In this document: piece after piece, positions 1 to 11,103 of the stretch | Position numbering within the stretch: the first letter of the stretch is position 1 | How the letters are laid out: the number at the start of each line of letters is the position of its first letter | Source of the DNA: Octopus bimaculoides | Taxonomy: Eukaryota | Direction: 5' to 3' | Length of the DNA: 52,196 nt | Assembly (NCBI RefSeq): GCF_001194135.2 | Contig: NC_068983.1 | Span: forward strand, 82,323,172 to 82,375,367 | The notes under the pieces: model-generated | What the model was told of the DNA's origin: nothing | Seen by the model: only the letters and a program-made list of their open reading frames with translations | Databases searched by the model: none | Made by a program: the position numbers and the translations under genes

Positions 1-46
<46 letters not shown>

Positions 47-391
47 CAAGTGGGAGGAGATATGAAGTACTGATACACAGAGAGAACTGTTGTATGTTAT
101 AGCCGATAAGATAGATAGACACAAACATACATCTAATTGAACATATACAAATATATTCAAAGAAGAGATGTGTATACACACACACACACATTACATATAT
201 AGACATATACATATACCTATATATGTATGCATATGCACAGTTATATATATATATTTATATATATACATATATATACATATATAGTGGTGTGTATATATAT
301 CTATATATAGCTAGATACATACATACATATGTACATACATACATTCATATATATGTATGCATATTTATTTGTATGTACACACACATATATA

Positions 392-464
<73 letters not shown>

Positions 465-510
465 GTATATATATATATATAAATATATATTTATTTATTT
501 ATATATATAT
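1..510. repeat. (TA)n / (TACA)n compound microsatellite
   Basis: Direct reading; source of the spurious YIYIYI ORFs 223..582 and 329..535. Confidence 0.95.
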
Positions 511-1391
511 TCATTTAGTTATAAAGAGGCAATGAGCACTACACACATGCTTGTACATACATACGCACACTCATATGAATAATCATTCACATCACACAGT
601 CAACCTCATTAAATATATCTTGAAATGTCCGCCACCATCCCTTTGTCCCATCCCCAACTGTTTGTCTAATATCCCAGACTGCCAAAATGACTATGTATGA
701 ATGAACACCTATAAATCCAAATATTTATAATAAAAATCTGAATTCAATTCAATTACGATTTATTTCTCGTTTATGACATTTAATATTTCTATTTGCTTTC
801 ATTAAGGGAAAAAAACAAAAACAAATTCTCCAGCTTCTCTTCATTGTCGAAGATTCAGTGCAAAATCATAATTTATTGAGAAGTCACTATAAAATGCATT
901 TAGTTGCAATGATGCTGATCAAAGTTCTTGTTTTGGTTTTTCTTGTTCTTGTATAGCAGTGGTTGTGGTGGTGTTGGTGGTGGTTTTGGTGGTGGTGGTG
1001 ATGGTGGTGGTTGCAGTGGTGGTTTCATAGTGATGGTTGGTAGAGGGTCGTTTAAGTTACTGACTGGACAGTTAGCTGACAGGGTAGTTGGAAAGAAGAG
1101 GAATAAATTAAAAACAAAAAAAAAACAAAAAAAAAATTAAAGAAAGAAATTGTTGAGAAATAAGAGAATTCTGGTTGGGGAGGAGTTTGGGGATTAATAA
1201 AATCTTATTAACACGTTTACTTTATTATAAACATGGAGAGATTATAAATAAAACTAAACTCATACATATTTAGCAAACAGCAGTGTGAGATACACGTTGT
1301 TTTGTCTGGCAATCAACAAATATTCTAGGTTTTCTTGTATGTTTTTGTGTATATCTGTAGTACATGTATGTGTGTGTGCTTATGTGTGCGT

Positions 1392-1422
<31 letters not shown>

Positions 1423-2103
1423 AAAGAGAGCAAGAGAAAGAGTGACTGAGCAAGACAGAGACAGAAAATGAGTGAGTGAGCATTGGTGTGTTTGTGTGTA
1501 TGCATGGACACGTCTTCAAAAAGTCCACTTTGCAGCCACAGTACTAGGAGTTTGATCACACCGTATGAAGACCCATTGAATGGATAGTATTGGAAATGCA
1601 ATGAATCAGCTCTCTCCACACATTGTTAGACCCCGATTATGTCTTCCACTGTTGCAGTTATCGTATTAACTCCAGGGCTTATTTTCTGTTTTTTTTTTTT
1701 CTTTTTTAATAATCTTTTTGTTAAGGGGCATAAATGGTGATGAACTTTCACCAAACAAGTGTTACCACAAGGGGCTAGACACAGTCAAACAGACACACAC
1801 ATATGCACCCCAACACACATACATCTGTGCTTGTATATATATCTGCATATGTGTATACATATATATATATATACATATATAAATATAAATAGATATACAT
1901 GTACACACACACATATATATATATATATGTATACATATGTCTACATATATATACGTATATATATACATATATATACATACATATATATATATATATATAT
2001 ACGGTTTAGATATAGATTCAAGGCTTGAATATGGTACTTATGCGAAGGCACCCGAATATCGCATCCCAAAAGGATGGGTGATTAAAATCAAACAATATAT
2101 ATA

Positions 2104-2488
2104 NNNNNNNNNNNNNNNNNNNNNNNNNNNNNNNNNNNNNNNNNNNNNNNNNNNNNNNNNNNNNNNNNNNNNNNNNNNNNNNNNNNNNNNNNNNNNNNNN
2201 NNNNNNNNNNNNNNNNNNNNNNNNNNNNNNNNNNNNNNNNNNNNNNNNNNNNNNNNNNNNNNNNNNNNNNNNNNNNNNNNNNNNNNNNNNNNNNNNNNNN
2301 NNNNNNNNNNNNNNNNNNNNNNNNNNNNNNNNNNNNNNNNNNNNNNNNNNNNNNNNNNNNNNNNNNNNNNNNNNNNNNNNNNNNNNNNNNNNNNNNNNNN
2401 NNNNNNNNNNNNNNNNNNNNNNNNNNNNNNNNNNNNNNNNNNNNNNNNNNNNNNNNNNNNNNNNNNNNNNNNNNNNNNNNNNNNNNNN
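2104..2488. other. Assembly gap (N run) between inverted arms
   Basis: N run. Other gaps: 3583-4200, 5384-5717, 5978-5987, 7796-8007, 22425-22850, 34101-34807, 35291-35719, 39897-39915, 44073-44149, 47760-48590, 49236-49465. Confidence 0.99.
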
Positions 2489-2490
2489 CG

Positions 2491-2579
2491 TGCAGCTGAA
2501 GGTTGCTCTTCATATTGCATTTAAGGTAATGCTCGCATTACTTAAATAAATTGAAGTAGCATGAAACGTGCGTACTGCA
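2491..2579 (+). ncRNA. Type-I hammerhead ribozyme motif (A9G core variant)
   Basis: Stem I TGCAG/CTGCA. Core CTGAAGG at 2496-2502. Long stem II TGCT-CTTCA/TGAAG-TAGCA with inner hairpin GTAATGC/GCATTAC. GAAA at 2563-2566. Stem III ACGtgCGT. Cleavage triplet GTA at 2572-2574. Confidence 0.8.
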
Positions 2580-2700
2580 ATCACCTTTGAAATCCGTGTT
2601 GCTTATTTTTTGATTTTGATCACCTATCCTTTTGGGATACGATATTCAGGTGCCTACGCATAAGTACCATATTCAACCTTGAATCTATATCTAAACCGTC

Positions 2701-2733
<33 letters not shown>

Positions 2734-2868
2734 GTATATAAAGTAAAATTTTCATATAAAGTATGTTTTTAAAGATACTTCACAATATATGGACTGCATT
2801 AAGAAGTGTTCATTGTGAGCTAAATCGAAGGATAAGGAAATCTATGAAATTATTACCATGTAGAAAGC

Positions 2869-2959
2869 CATCCTGATGAGGGAAGCATTATGTTTCTGTA
2901 TTTGGAATACTTAAAACGCCATTGATACCTTTATTGTACCCCTGAAACAACCGTAGATG
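2869..2959 (+). ncRNA. Type-I hammerhead ribozyme motif, intact core
   Basis: Stem I CATC/GATG. CTGATGA at 2873-2879. Partly decayed stem II (GGG.../...CCCT). GAAA at 2944-2947. C-aacc-G stem III. GTA at 2953-2955. Confidence 0.75.
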
Positions 2960-3323
2960 ATATCCTTTACCTGAATTCACCCGAATCTGTATATATCTTT
3001 TATCTACCTATTTATCAACCTATTTGCCCCTGAATTTTAAAATTTTGAACTCTCATCTGACATTTTGAATAAACATAAAATTCTTAATTGATTCAAACAG
3101 TTCCTTTTGGAAGCCCTCATCTCGAATTTTTATCTCTTTATGTGTCACTCATCCATTCTATACCTGAACCCAATGTACATGATGCATAGTTTTCACATAT
3201 GACTTTTACATGTAATTTCGTTCACTGATTTATAAATTTACATGTATATTTATTTCATTGTGTGTTTTAAATTATGCTTTGGTATTTGTATTGATTGCCT
3301 GGATGTGTTCCTTCTATAATTTC

Positions 3324-3354
<31 letters not shown>

Positions 3355-3357
<3 letters not shown>

Positions 3358-3582
3358 GTCTCTTAAAAGATAGAGCTCAAAATCGATGCATTGAAGATAC
3401 TTTATTGCAGCAACAATTATAATAACAGAAACAACCACAATAAGCCAAACCTATGCACATTTCAATAGGGTATCCCGGATAAATAAACCACATCATAAGA
3501 TGTCTCGTAAAATATTGTAACAAATTACAACATATTACAAATTTCTGGATACTCCATCTCTTCAGGGTCGCATTATTGGCAT
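3355..3582 (-). mobile_element. Penelope pLTR-like unit 2 (3' end at (TA)n, 5' part runs into gap)
   Basis: Minus-strand hammerhead followed by about 90 nt that ends directly in the (TA)n at 3326-3354. Confidence 0.6.
3448..3569 (-). ncRNA. Type-I hammerhead ribozyme motif, intact core
   Basis: Minus strand reads GACC-CTGAAGA-GATGGAGTATCC...GGATACCCTATT-GAAA-TGTGCA-TA-GGTT. Stem II has 11 of 12 pairs; stem III ATGtgCAT is near-palindromic; AUA cleavage triplet (cut between 3452 and 3451). Confidence 0.85.
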
Positions 3583-4200
3583 NNNNNNNNNNNNNNNNNN
3601 NNNNNNNNNNNNNNNNNNNNNNNNNNNNNNNNNNNNNNNNNNNNNNNNNNNNNNNNNNNNNNNNNNNNNNNNNNNNNNNNNNNNNNNNNNNNNNNNNNNN
3701 NNNNNNNNNNNNNNNNNNNNNNNNNNNNNNNNNNNNNNNNNNNNNNNNNNNNNNNNNNNNNNNNNNNNNNNNNNNNNNNNNNNNNNNNNNNNNNNNNNNN
3801 NNNNNNNNNNNNNNNNNNNNNNNNNNNNNNNNNNNNNNNNNNNNNNNNNNNNNNNNNNNNNNNNNNNNNNNNNNNNNNNNNNNNNNNNNNNNNNNNNNNN
3901 NNNNNNNNNNNNNNNNNNNNNNNNNNNNNNNNNNNNNNNNNNNNNNNNNNNNNNNNNNNNNNNNNNNNNNNNNNNNNNNNNNNNNNNNNNNNNNNNNNNN
4001 NNNNNNNNNNNNNNNNNNNNNNNNNNNNNNNNNNNNNNNNNNNNNNNNNNNNNNNNNNNNNNNNNNNNNNNNNNNNNNNNNNNNNNNNNNNNNNNNNNNN
4101 NNNNNNNNNNNNNNNNNNNNNNNNNNNNNNNNNNNNNNNNNNNNNNNNNNNNNNNNNNNNNNNNNNNNNNNNNNNNNNNNNNNNNNNNNNNNNNNNNNNN

Positions 4201-4232
<32 letters not shown>

Positions 4233-4644
4233 TGCATGTATTCTCACACACACACATATATATATATAAATACATACATACATATATGTATGTATAGTTT
4301 TGATTACAAGGGATCAATAAATCAATAAGTGATTGAGGCATATCAAAGGGAATTATGCCACACATTGGCTTGACAAAATTACTCAAAGCAAACAATTAAT
4401 TAATCCATAACCATGGCACAGAATACAGTGATGGAGGAAAGTTTACTGTTGTTTGGTAATCCACAACTCCAGTATTATCTCAAAGGATCCAATGAGGAAT
4501 GGAACCTTAAATGTGGCCGAAAAACATAATGAAGGCAGATGAATGGTTTATCTAGTATCACCACAAATGTTTACATGCATAGATCTACCAGACGCACATT
4601 CTTAAATTAACTATAGTTGGCAAGGGATTTGATCTGAGATTCTT

Positions 4645-5014
4645 TTATATTTCTATTTTACTTGTTTCAGTCATTTGACTGTGGCCATGTTGGAGCACCA
4701 CCTTAAAGAGTTTTAGTTGAACAAATCGACGTCAGGACATTATTAGTAAGCCTTGTACTTATTCTATTGGTCTCTTTTGCAAAACTGCTAAGTTACAGGG
4801 ATATCATCATCATCATTATCATCATTTAACATCCGCTTTCCATGCTAGCATGGGTTGGACGATTTAACTGGGGACTGATGAAGCAGATGACTACACCAGA
4901 ATCCAATCTTATCTGGCAGAGTTTCTACAGCTGTAAACACTAATACCGGATGTCAAGTGATGGTGAGTGAGACAAACTCAAACACAAACACACAAATACA
5001 TACATACATATATA
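4645..5014 (-). mobile_element. tRNA-derived SINE family A, 3' half (interrupted by family B)
   Basis: Reverse complement of the 3' half of the copy at 16436-16878, including tail hairpin CAGTCATTTGACTG at 4668-4681. Ends at the internal CA/TA microsatellite. Confidence 0.85.
4801..4933 (-). mobile_element. SINE family B 3' fragment with (GAT)n tail, nested in SINE A
   Basis: Reverse complement of 6249-6380, with the CCATGCTAGCATGG palindrome and (CAT)n. Splits the family A motif GGGAC^GTAAACAC. Confidence 0.85.
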
Positions 5015-5374
5015 TATATTTAAGAATTTAAGGATTGGAGAAAACGCATGTTATAATTGCATACTTTATTCCTACATATGTTTCAAAGGATTACAACCTG
5101 TGTGATCCATAGGGGTTTTTGATATTAAAATTGTAACCTTCTCATTAGGGAAAGCATGGGAATCATCTTAAACATAAGACATTATGACCGATTATAATCG
5201 GTCATAATGTCTTATGTTTAAGATGATTCCCATGCTTTCCCTAATGAGAAGGTTACAATTTTAATATCAAAGACCCCTATGGATCACACAGGTTGTAATC
5301 CTTTGAAACATATGTAGGAATAAAGTATGCAATTATAACATGCGTTTTCTCCAATCCATAAATTCTTAAATATA
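5015..5374. repeat. 360-bp spacerless palindrome (fold-back hammerhead unit 3)
   Basis: 180-bp arms, centre between 5194 and 5195 (GACCGATTA|TAATCGGTC). Only two mismatches found by eye. Left end abuts (TA)n. Confidence 0.95.
5231..5329 (+). ncRNA. Type-I hammerhead motif with G5A core (mirror copy at 5060-5158 on minus strand)
   Basis: Stem I CATGCT-TTCC/GGAA-(TAA bulge)-AGTATG. Core CTAATGA at 5241-5247. Stem II GAAGGTTACAA/TTGTAATCCTTT. GAAA at 5305-5308. Palindromic stem III ACATATGT. GTA at 5314-5316. Confidence 0.8.
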
Positions 5375-6049
5375 CTCAAATACNNNNNNNNNNNNNNNNN
5401 NNNNNNNNNNNNNNNNNNNNNNNNNNNNNNNNNNNNNNNNNNNNNNNNNNNNNNNNNNNNNNNNNNNNNNNNNNNNNNNNNNNNNNNNNNNNNNNNNNNN
5501 NNNNNNNNNNNNNNNNNNNNNNNNNNNNNNNNNNNNNNNNNNNNNNNNNNNNNNNNNNNNNNNNNNNNNNNNNNNNNNNNNNNNNNNNNNNNNNNNNNNN
5601 NNNNNNNNNNNNNNNNNNNNNNNNNNNNNNNNNNNNNNNNNNNNNNNNNNNNNNNNNNNNNNNNNNNNNNNNNNNNNNNNNNNNNNNNNNNNNNNNNNNN
5701 NNNNNNNNNNNNNNNNNTATATATTGTTATAATTGTCCTTTTAGTAAATATATAAATTGACATAATATAATGTGTAAAAGTTGATGAATACCACCTATTG
5801 ATCCCCTCCATTTTCTTATTGCTCTATAAATTAATGGTAAAATAACTCTTTACTCTTACCCATTTATTACACTCAGTAATGTAATTGCCATGCAATGAAA
5901 AAACATTTGTGTATTAATAATTGGGTATTCTACCAGCAGTATAATGGATAGATATTACCCTTAGTTGGTTGGATTTANNNNNNNNNNGTAAATAACAAAA
6001 GTATATATTAGTATGACGCTCGGGAATACGGAATATATATATATATATA

Positions 6050-6158
6050 TGTGACACGCTTCTTTCAGTTTCCATCTACCAAATCCACCGCCAATGGGAC
6101 TGAACCTGGAACCATGTGGTTGGGAATCAAGCTTCTTAACACACACCCTGTGCCTGTG
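6050..6158 (-). mobile_element. SINE family A, 5' half (internally deleted)
   Basis: Reverse complement of the family A head (GCTTCTTTCAGTTTCC...GGAACCATGTGGTTGG). Probably the other half of the 4645-5014 copy. Confidence 0.75.
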
Positions 6159-6248
6159 TATTTAGACTAAAACTATTTGCTCCTGATAAAGTCTTTGTTA
6201 CATTATTAGTACTTCCTTATTATTATAGTAAATAATAACATATTATAA

Positions 6249-6380
6249 CATCCAGCTGTAGAAACTCTGCCAGATCAGATTGGAGCCTGGTGCAGCCATC
6301 TGGTTCGCCAGTCCTAAGTCAAATTGTCCAACCCATGCTAGCATGGAAAGCGGACGTTAAATGATGATGATGATGATGAT
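6249..6380 (+). mobile_element. SINE family B 3' part with (GAT)n tail
   Basis: CATCCAGCTGTAGAAAC...CCATGCTAGCATGGAAAGCGGACGTTAAATGATGATG. Related copies at 4801-4933(-), 38809-38900(-), 39100-39285(+). A short tandem-repeat tail is typical of RTE-mobilised SINEs (inference). Confidence 0.8.
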
Positions 6381-6386
6381 ATTAGG

Positions 6387-6760
6387 GAAGGTGGTGAGCT
6401 AGCAGAATCATTAGCATGTCAGGCAAAATGGTTAGCAGAATTTTGTTTGTCTTTACGTTCTGGGTTCAATTCAGCTGTGGTTGACTTTGCTTTTTATTCT
6501 TTCTGCTATGTCTCAAGCTACTGCTATCTAGCACCTTCGGATGATCTCTACTCAACCGTTACACAACTGCTACTCAACACACCTACCACAGTCAGACTAC
6601 CTCTATTTATATGTCTTGGGAGATGTTACTTCTTCGCCTGGGGGCGTCGACACAACACTTTCAGAGTTGATAAAATAAGTATTAGTTGAGCACTGGGTTT
6701 GATTTAATTGGTTTGGCTCCTTTCCCAAAACTGCTGGCCTTGTTACCAACATTTGGAGCC
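6387..6760 (+). mobile_element. SINE family E (decayed), interrupted by solo LTR
   Basis: Matches the 42516-43050 copies (GAGCTAGCAGAATCATTAGC...GTTCTGGGTTCAA...GATAAAATAAGT) on both sides of the 6504-6657 insert. Confidence 0.75.
6504..6657 (-). mobile_element. 154-bp solo-LTR-like element
   Basis: TG...CA ends. Imperfect terminal inverted repeat (TGCTATGTC vs TGTTGTGTC). Exact 5-bp TSD CTTTC at 6499-6503 and 6658-6662. TATAAATAG on the minus strand. Confidence 0.8.
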
Positions 6761-7091
6761 TATATTATATCATTAGGTAATTATAAGTTTCCATGGAGCA
6801 ATGCAAGCATGTCTGACTCCAGATCAGGAGGCTGAATGTTCGAATATCATGATGGAATCATAATATTTGTGTGGTGTGTGAGGGTCAGCATGTCAAAGAA
6901 TAGACTCAGTGTTTCCTCTGCATGTCGTGAAAGGTAACTAAAAGAGGTTGAGATAGGATTTGCACTCTGGCCTGATAAAACCCTTACAAGCAATGACTAC
7001 TCAAACAGATCCATGGATTGGAAGGTTGTCCCCAGAATGGTGCAAAGGTGTCACCAACAAATGATGGATGCAGCAACATTCCCCCATACCA

Positions 7092-7112
7092 ATACTACTA
7101 CTACTACTACTG

Positions 7113-7151
<39 letters not shown>
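7092..7151. repeat. (TAC)n microsatellite
   Basis: Direct reading. Confidence 0.95.
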
Positions 7152-7152
<1 letters not shown>

Positions 7153-8068
7153 CAGGGACAAAGTATGCTGGTATGGATTGGATGAACCAAATTCATGCCA
7201 GTTCTTATTTGGAGATACGTTTCCAAAAAGTGTCAGAGGACAACGTCCCACTCATGTTTTATTTTCAGTATGACATTTATGCCCTTTCAAGCACCATACA
7301 GAGTTTGCTGGGTGCAAACTAATGAGTAATATATATGCTACATTCTCTCAGTTGTTTATGAACCAGTTTACTATGTACTAGGCCAATACAAGAGAGATTG
7401 TTTTTGTTCTATGCATGTGTAATCGGCCTTATTTGCTCTCTGTTATCTCTGTTTATTCAGGATGAACATGAGTGAGTGATGAATAGAAGAGAGAAAAAAG
7501 AATAATGACTGAGACATGAAAGAAAAAGTATATATGTGCATATTTTTTGTGTGTCTGTGTGTGTTTGAATGTGTGTATAGTAATTCTACAAGGAAAAAGT
7601 TGACAGATACTTTAAAGTTTCAATTACGTAGCCTTCATTGGGCTTTCCACTGAGGGTAACATTGCCAAAACTTGTAAAAATAAAATATGTTGTTCTACTG
7701 AAAGATCCTGTGTCATCCCTCAATTAAAGGTTTAACTGTTTTTATATAAATTAATACATAAAAAAAACAAGCATTCTTTTTCTCCTTCATGAAGGNNNNN
7801 NNNNNNNNNNNNNNNNNNNNNNNNNNNNNNNNNNNNNNNNNNNNNNNNNNNNNNNNNNNNNNNNNNNNNNNNNNNNNNNNNNNNNNNNNNNNNNNNNNNN
7901 NNNNNNNNNNNNNNNNNNNNNNNNNNNNNNNNNNNNNNNNNNNNNNNNNNNNNNNNNNNNNNNNNNNNNNNNNNNNNNNNNNNNNNNNNNNNNNNNNNNN
8001 NNNNNNNTATATATATATATATATATGTATGTATATATGTATTTGTGTGTATATGTATATTATGTGTT

Positions 8069-8389
8069 TTAAAGAGATTTGTTGTGTAAGGCTAGAACAA
8101 TGCAAGAAGGTGCAAAGTACACTACAAAAGGAAAAGAAAACAAATTGAAGTTGCAGTTTTACCTTGTATTCCTTATATTTCAGGGTTTAAACTCACTCTT
8201 CAGGGCATTTAGAAAAGTGAGGGATAGAAGCAACAACATTTTGATCCCTCGTTTTTCCAAATGTCCTGAAGAAAGGGTTATAGCCCTGAAATATAGAAAT
8301 ACAAGCTAAAACTGCTACTTTGTTTTGTTTTCCTTTTGTAGGTTACTCTGTACCTTCTCACGTAGTTTCGACCTTACACAATAAATCTC

Positions 8390-8394
<5 letters not shown>
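8069..8394. mobile_element. Fold-back hammerhead unit 4 (imperfect palindrome)
   Basis: Arms of about 155 bp (TTAAAGAGATTT.../...AAATCTCTTTAA), roughly 80% identical, with about 18-nt spacer near 8226-8243. Flanked by TA-rich microsatellite on both sides. Confidence 0.85.
8261..8300 (+). ncRNA. Minimal type-I hammerhead (mirror copy at 8168-8208 on minus strand)
   Basis: ATGTC-CTGAAGA-aAGGGttatagCCCT-GAAA-TA-TA-GAAAT. The mirror reads ATGCC-CTGAAGA-gtgaGTTTAAACcct-GAAA-TATA-aGGAAT. Tiny palindromic stem III ATAT. Confidence 0.7.
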
Positions 8395-8432
<38 letters not shown>

Positions 8433-9617
8433 CATACACATACACACACATTTATATGCACATATGTATTGTATATACATGTGTGTGTGAGGAACAATAA
8501 AAATTGTAAGTGAGATACCATCTTATCCAACTTGTTTGTCTAATTAATATTTTCTTTGTATGCCATGCTGTTCACTAATGAATGACTTTCATCTTGATCT
8601 TTGTTTACGAATTTGAAGATAAATACTTTGACTAGATTTAGAAACTGTACTTCTTTATCTTTTTATTTTTTATCCCAGTGGTATTTCATTATATTCTTAA
8701 CATTTCTAAAACAATGGAAACAATATTGTAAAATAGTTGCTACTGCCCTGAAGACTTCTTTTAACTAAATGACTTAAAATAATTTTTTTTTTTAATTTTT
8801 AATTACAATGTTTAAATCTAAAAATCTTACATAATAGCTATTTTATATTTCATAATAGTTTGTTGTATTTTAATGTTTTAGTTTTTAATTCTATAAAAGT
8901 TAATTACTCGTGTGATACTCAAGTTCATTTCCCAAAATATATTAAGTTATGACTTATGGCAATTTTAGTTGTTGAGTAGCCATAGCATTTTATTATATTT
9001 GTCTATTTGGTTTTTTGTTTTGTTTTGTTTTGTTTTTTTAATTTCGTGCAGTTGTGAATCATAAACTTCATCTTTATCAAGTTTTTAAAGCGAAATTCAT
9101 TAAGTCACACACACTGATGATTCCCCGACAAGTCAGTGACATTACACAGAGATATAAATAGCTTGGTATTAACCCTTACCATACAAGTCACTCTTAAACT
9201 GTGTGGGTATAACATTAAGATAAACAATCTAAGTGATTTGATAGAGCCTCAGTCTGTTAAAAATAGTAACTAAATATTACTGGTTTAAAAATGGGAGAAC
9301 ACACTGCTTATAACAGGAAATTATTATACTTTGGTCATATTTGCCATTAGTCTTTCCACACAATTTTCATGGAATTGTGGTGCTTGGTTGTGTCCTGGAC
9401 AAGAATTGTCACAAAAGATTGTGTCAGTAGTAGGGTGATGACATAAAATGTGATAAAGAAACTAAATATGAGAACTGCCAAAAACTGATCATAATAGTAA
9501 ATGGTAAATTCTTTTCTGGAAAGTTACCAGAGGTCACCTATTGATCTAAAAGTGCAAAGAGGCATAGCTCTGGATGACAAGGGAAAAGGAAGCAAAAAAA
9601 AAACTCCTGGGATGGAC

Positions 9618-9964
9618 ATTGGGTGAGGGTGACACCCTTCGGTCATGATTGACCATGAGATTGCACCTAGAAAGTCACCCTCTGAGGCACAAATCCAGGC
9701 AAGGTTGTTTATGGAAGACCAACAGTTACCCACGCATACAAGCCTCCTCTCTCCCCACCACCAATGTCATCCAAAGGAAAGGCAAAGGCCGATACAGCTT
9801 GGCACCAGTGACATTGCAGCTCATTTCTACAGGTGACTGAACTGGAGCAACGTGAAATAAAGTGTCTTGTTCAAGAACACAACATGCAGCCTGGTCCGAG
9901 AATCAAACTCACAACCTCATGATTGTAAGCTCGACGCTCTAATCACTTAGCCATGCACCTTCAC
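9618..9964 (-). mobile_element. tRNA-derived SINE family C
   Basis: Minus head GTGAAGGTGCATGGCTAAGTGATTAGAGC (A box) ... GAGTTTGATTC (B box), then core TTGTGTTCTTGAACAAGACACTTTATT. Same family as 17025-17364. Confidence 0.85.
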
Positions 9965-10020
9965 TAGGGATGGCCATAACAGAACAAACATTTGACCATA
10001 GTTCTGCTCAACCAAGAATA

Positions 10021-10663
10021 TCTTTTATCTTTTATCCTTTACTTTACTTGTTTTAGATTGCAGCCATGCTGGGGCAACAACTTGAAGAATTTTAGGTGAA
10101 TAAATCAACCTCAGTAATGTTTTTTAAGCCTAATACTTGTTCAATTAATCTCTTTTGCCGAACTGCTAAGTTATGGGGACATAAACTCTCTCTGACACCA
10201 ATTGTCAAATGGTGGTGGGGGACAAATGCATACACAAAGATACAGTGCATATGCATGCACATACACACACACATACCACAAGCATCTTTCAGTTTTCATC
10301 TACAAAATCCTCTCACAAAGCTTTAGTTGGCCTGATGGTATCATAGAAGACACTTGCCCAAAGTGCCATGCAATGAGACTGAATCCAGAACGATGTGGTT
10401 GAGGAGTAGGCTTCTTATTTTTTTATTGCCCACACGGGGCTAAACATAGGGAGGACAAACAAGGACAGACAAAGGGATTAAGTCGCTTACATTGACCCCA
10501 GTGCGTAACTGGTACTTAATTTATCGATCCTGAAAGGGTGAAAGGCAAAGTCGACCTCGATGGAATTTGAACTCAGAATGTAACGGCAGACAAAATATCG
10601 CTAAGCATTTCACCCGGCGTGCTAACGATTCTGCCAGCTCTTACCACACAGCCACATCTGCAC
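10021..10663 (-). mobile_element. SINE family A (decayed), head interrupted by family E
   Basis: Collinear with 16436-16878 in reverse. The head resumes at 10641 (TTACCACACAGCCAC). Confidence 0.8.
10412..10640 (-). mobile_element. SINE family E, near full length, nested
   Basis: Reverse complement of 42516-42752 at high identity. Confidence 0.9.
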
Positions 10664-10947
10664 TTTATATTAGGAATAACCAAGAACAGTATTGACATAC
10701 ACCCCAGCATACTGGATTTGTAATATTTTGTTCCAAACCAAACCTGCATCTTAAAGTTGATGACACATGTTCAGAAATATAGGGTTAAGCATAGCAGTTT
10801 GGGCCAGTGGACTTGAGAGTCTTATCCAAAGCTGTTTTTATATATCCAAAGGCTTGAGTGTTGTCACGAGTGTTGTTGTTTAGCTCAAAGTTGATATTTT
10901 TAATGCTTAATGTTACTAAATTCTCATCATTATAATTTATATCCAAC

Positions 10948-11103
10948 CAGTGCCAGATTTTGGACAAATGAGACCCTGTGCTATTTAAACTATGAGGCCC
11001 CTTACTTGGACAGGGCCCCACTGACCAGGGTCTCCTTACAGGGCCCCTATCAACAGGGTCCTGTGCTTAATTACACATAAGCACAATGGTAAATCTGGCA
11101 CTG
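10948..11103. mobile_element. 156-bp hAT-type MITE
   Basis: Perfect 13-bp TIRs CAGTGCCAGATTT/AAATCTGGCACTG. 8-bp TSD TATCCAAC (10940-10947) / TGTCCAAC (11104-11111). Repeated internal CAGGG(C/T)C motifs. Confidence 0.9.

Larger units (their letters stand above)
2001..2699. mobile_element. Fold-back hammerhead unit 1 (Penelope pLTR-like), inverted arms around an N-gap
   Basis: 2001-2092 is the reverse complement of 2609-2699 (about 6 differences in 92 nt). Both outer ends (ACGGTTTAG / CTAAACCGT) abut (TA)n. The right arm carries a hammerhead. Confidence 0.7.

Noticed and set aside
6800-7090. Possible further SINE (TGTCGTGAAAGGTAACTAAAAG domain)
   Set aside because: Single copy in the window, so boundaries and family cannot be supported.
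7603-7650. Minus-strand GAAAC-TTTAAA-GTA with upstream CAATGAAGG, hammerhead-like
   Set aside because: The core is two or more changes from CUGANGA and stems I and II do not pair convincingly; at best a decayed pLTR.
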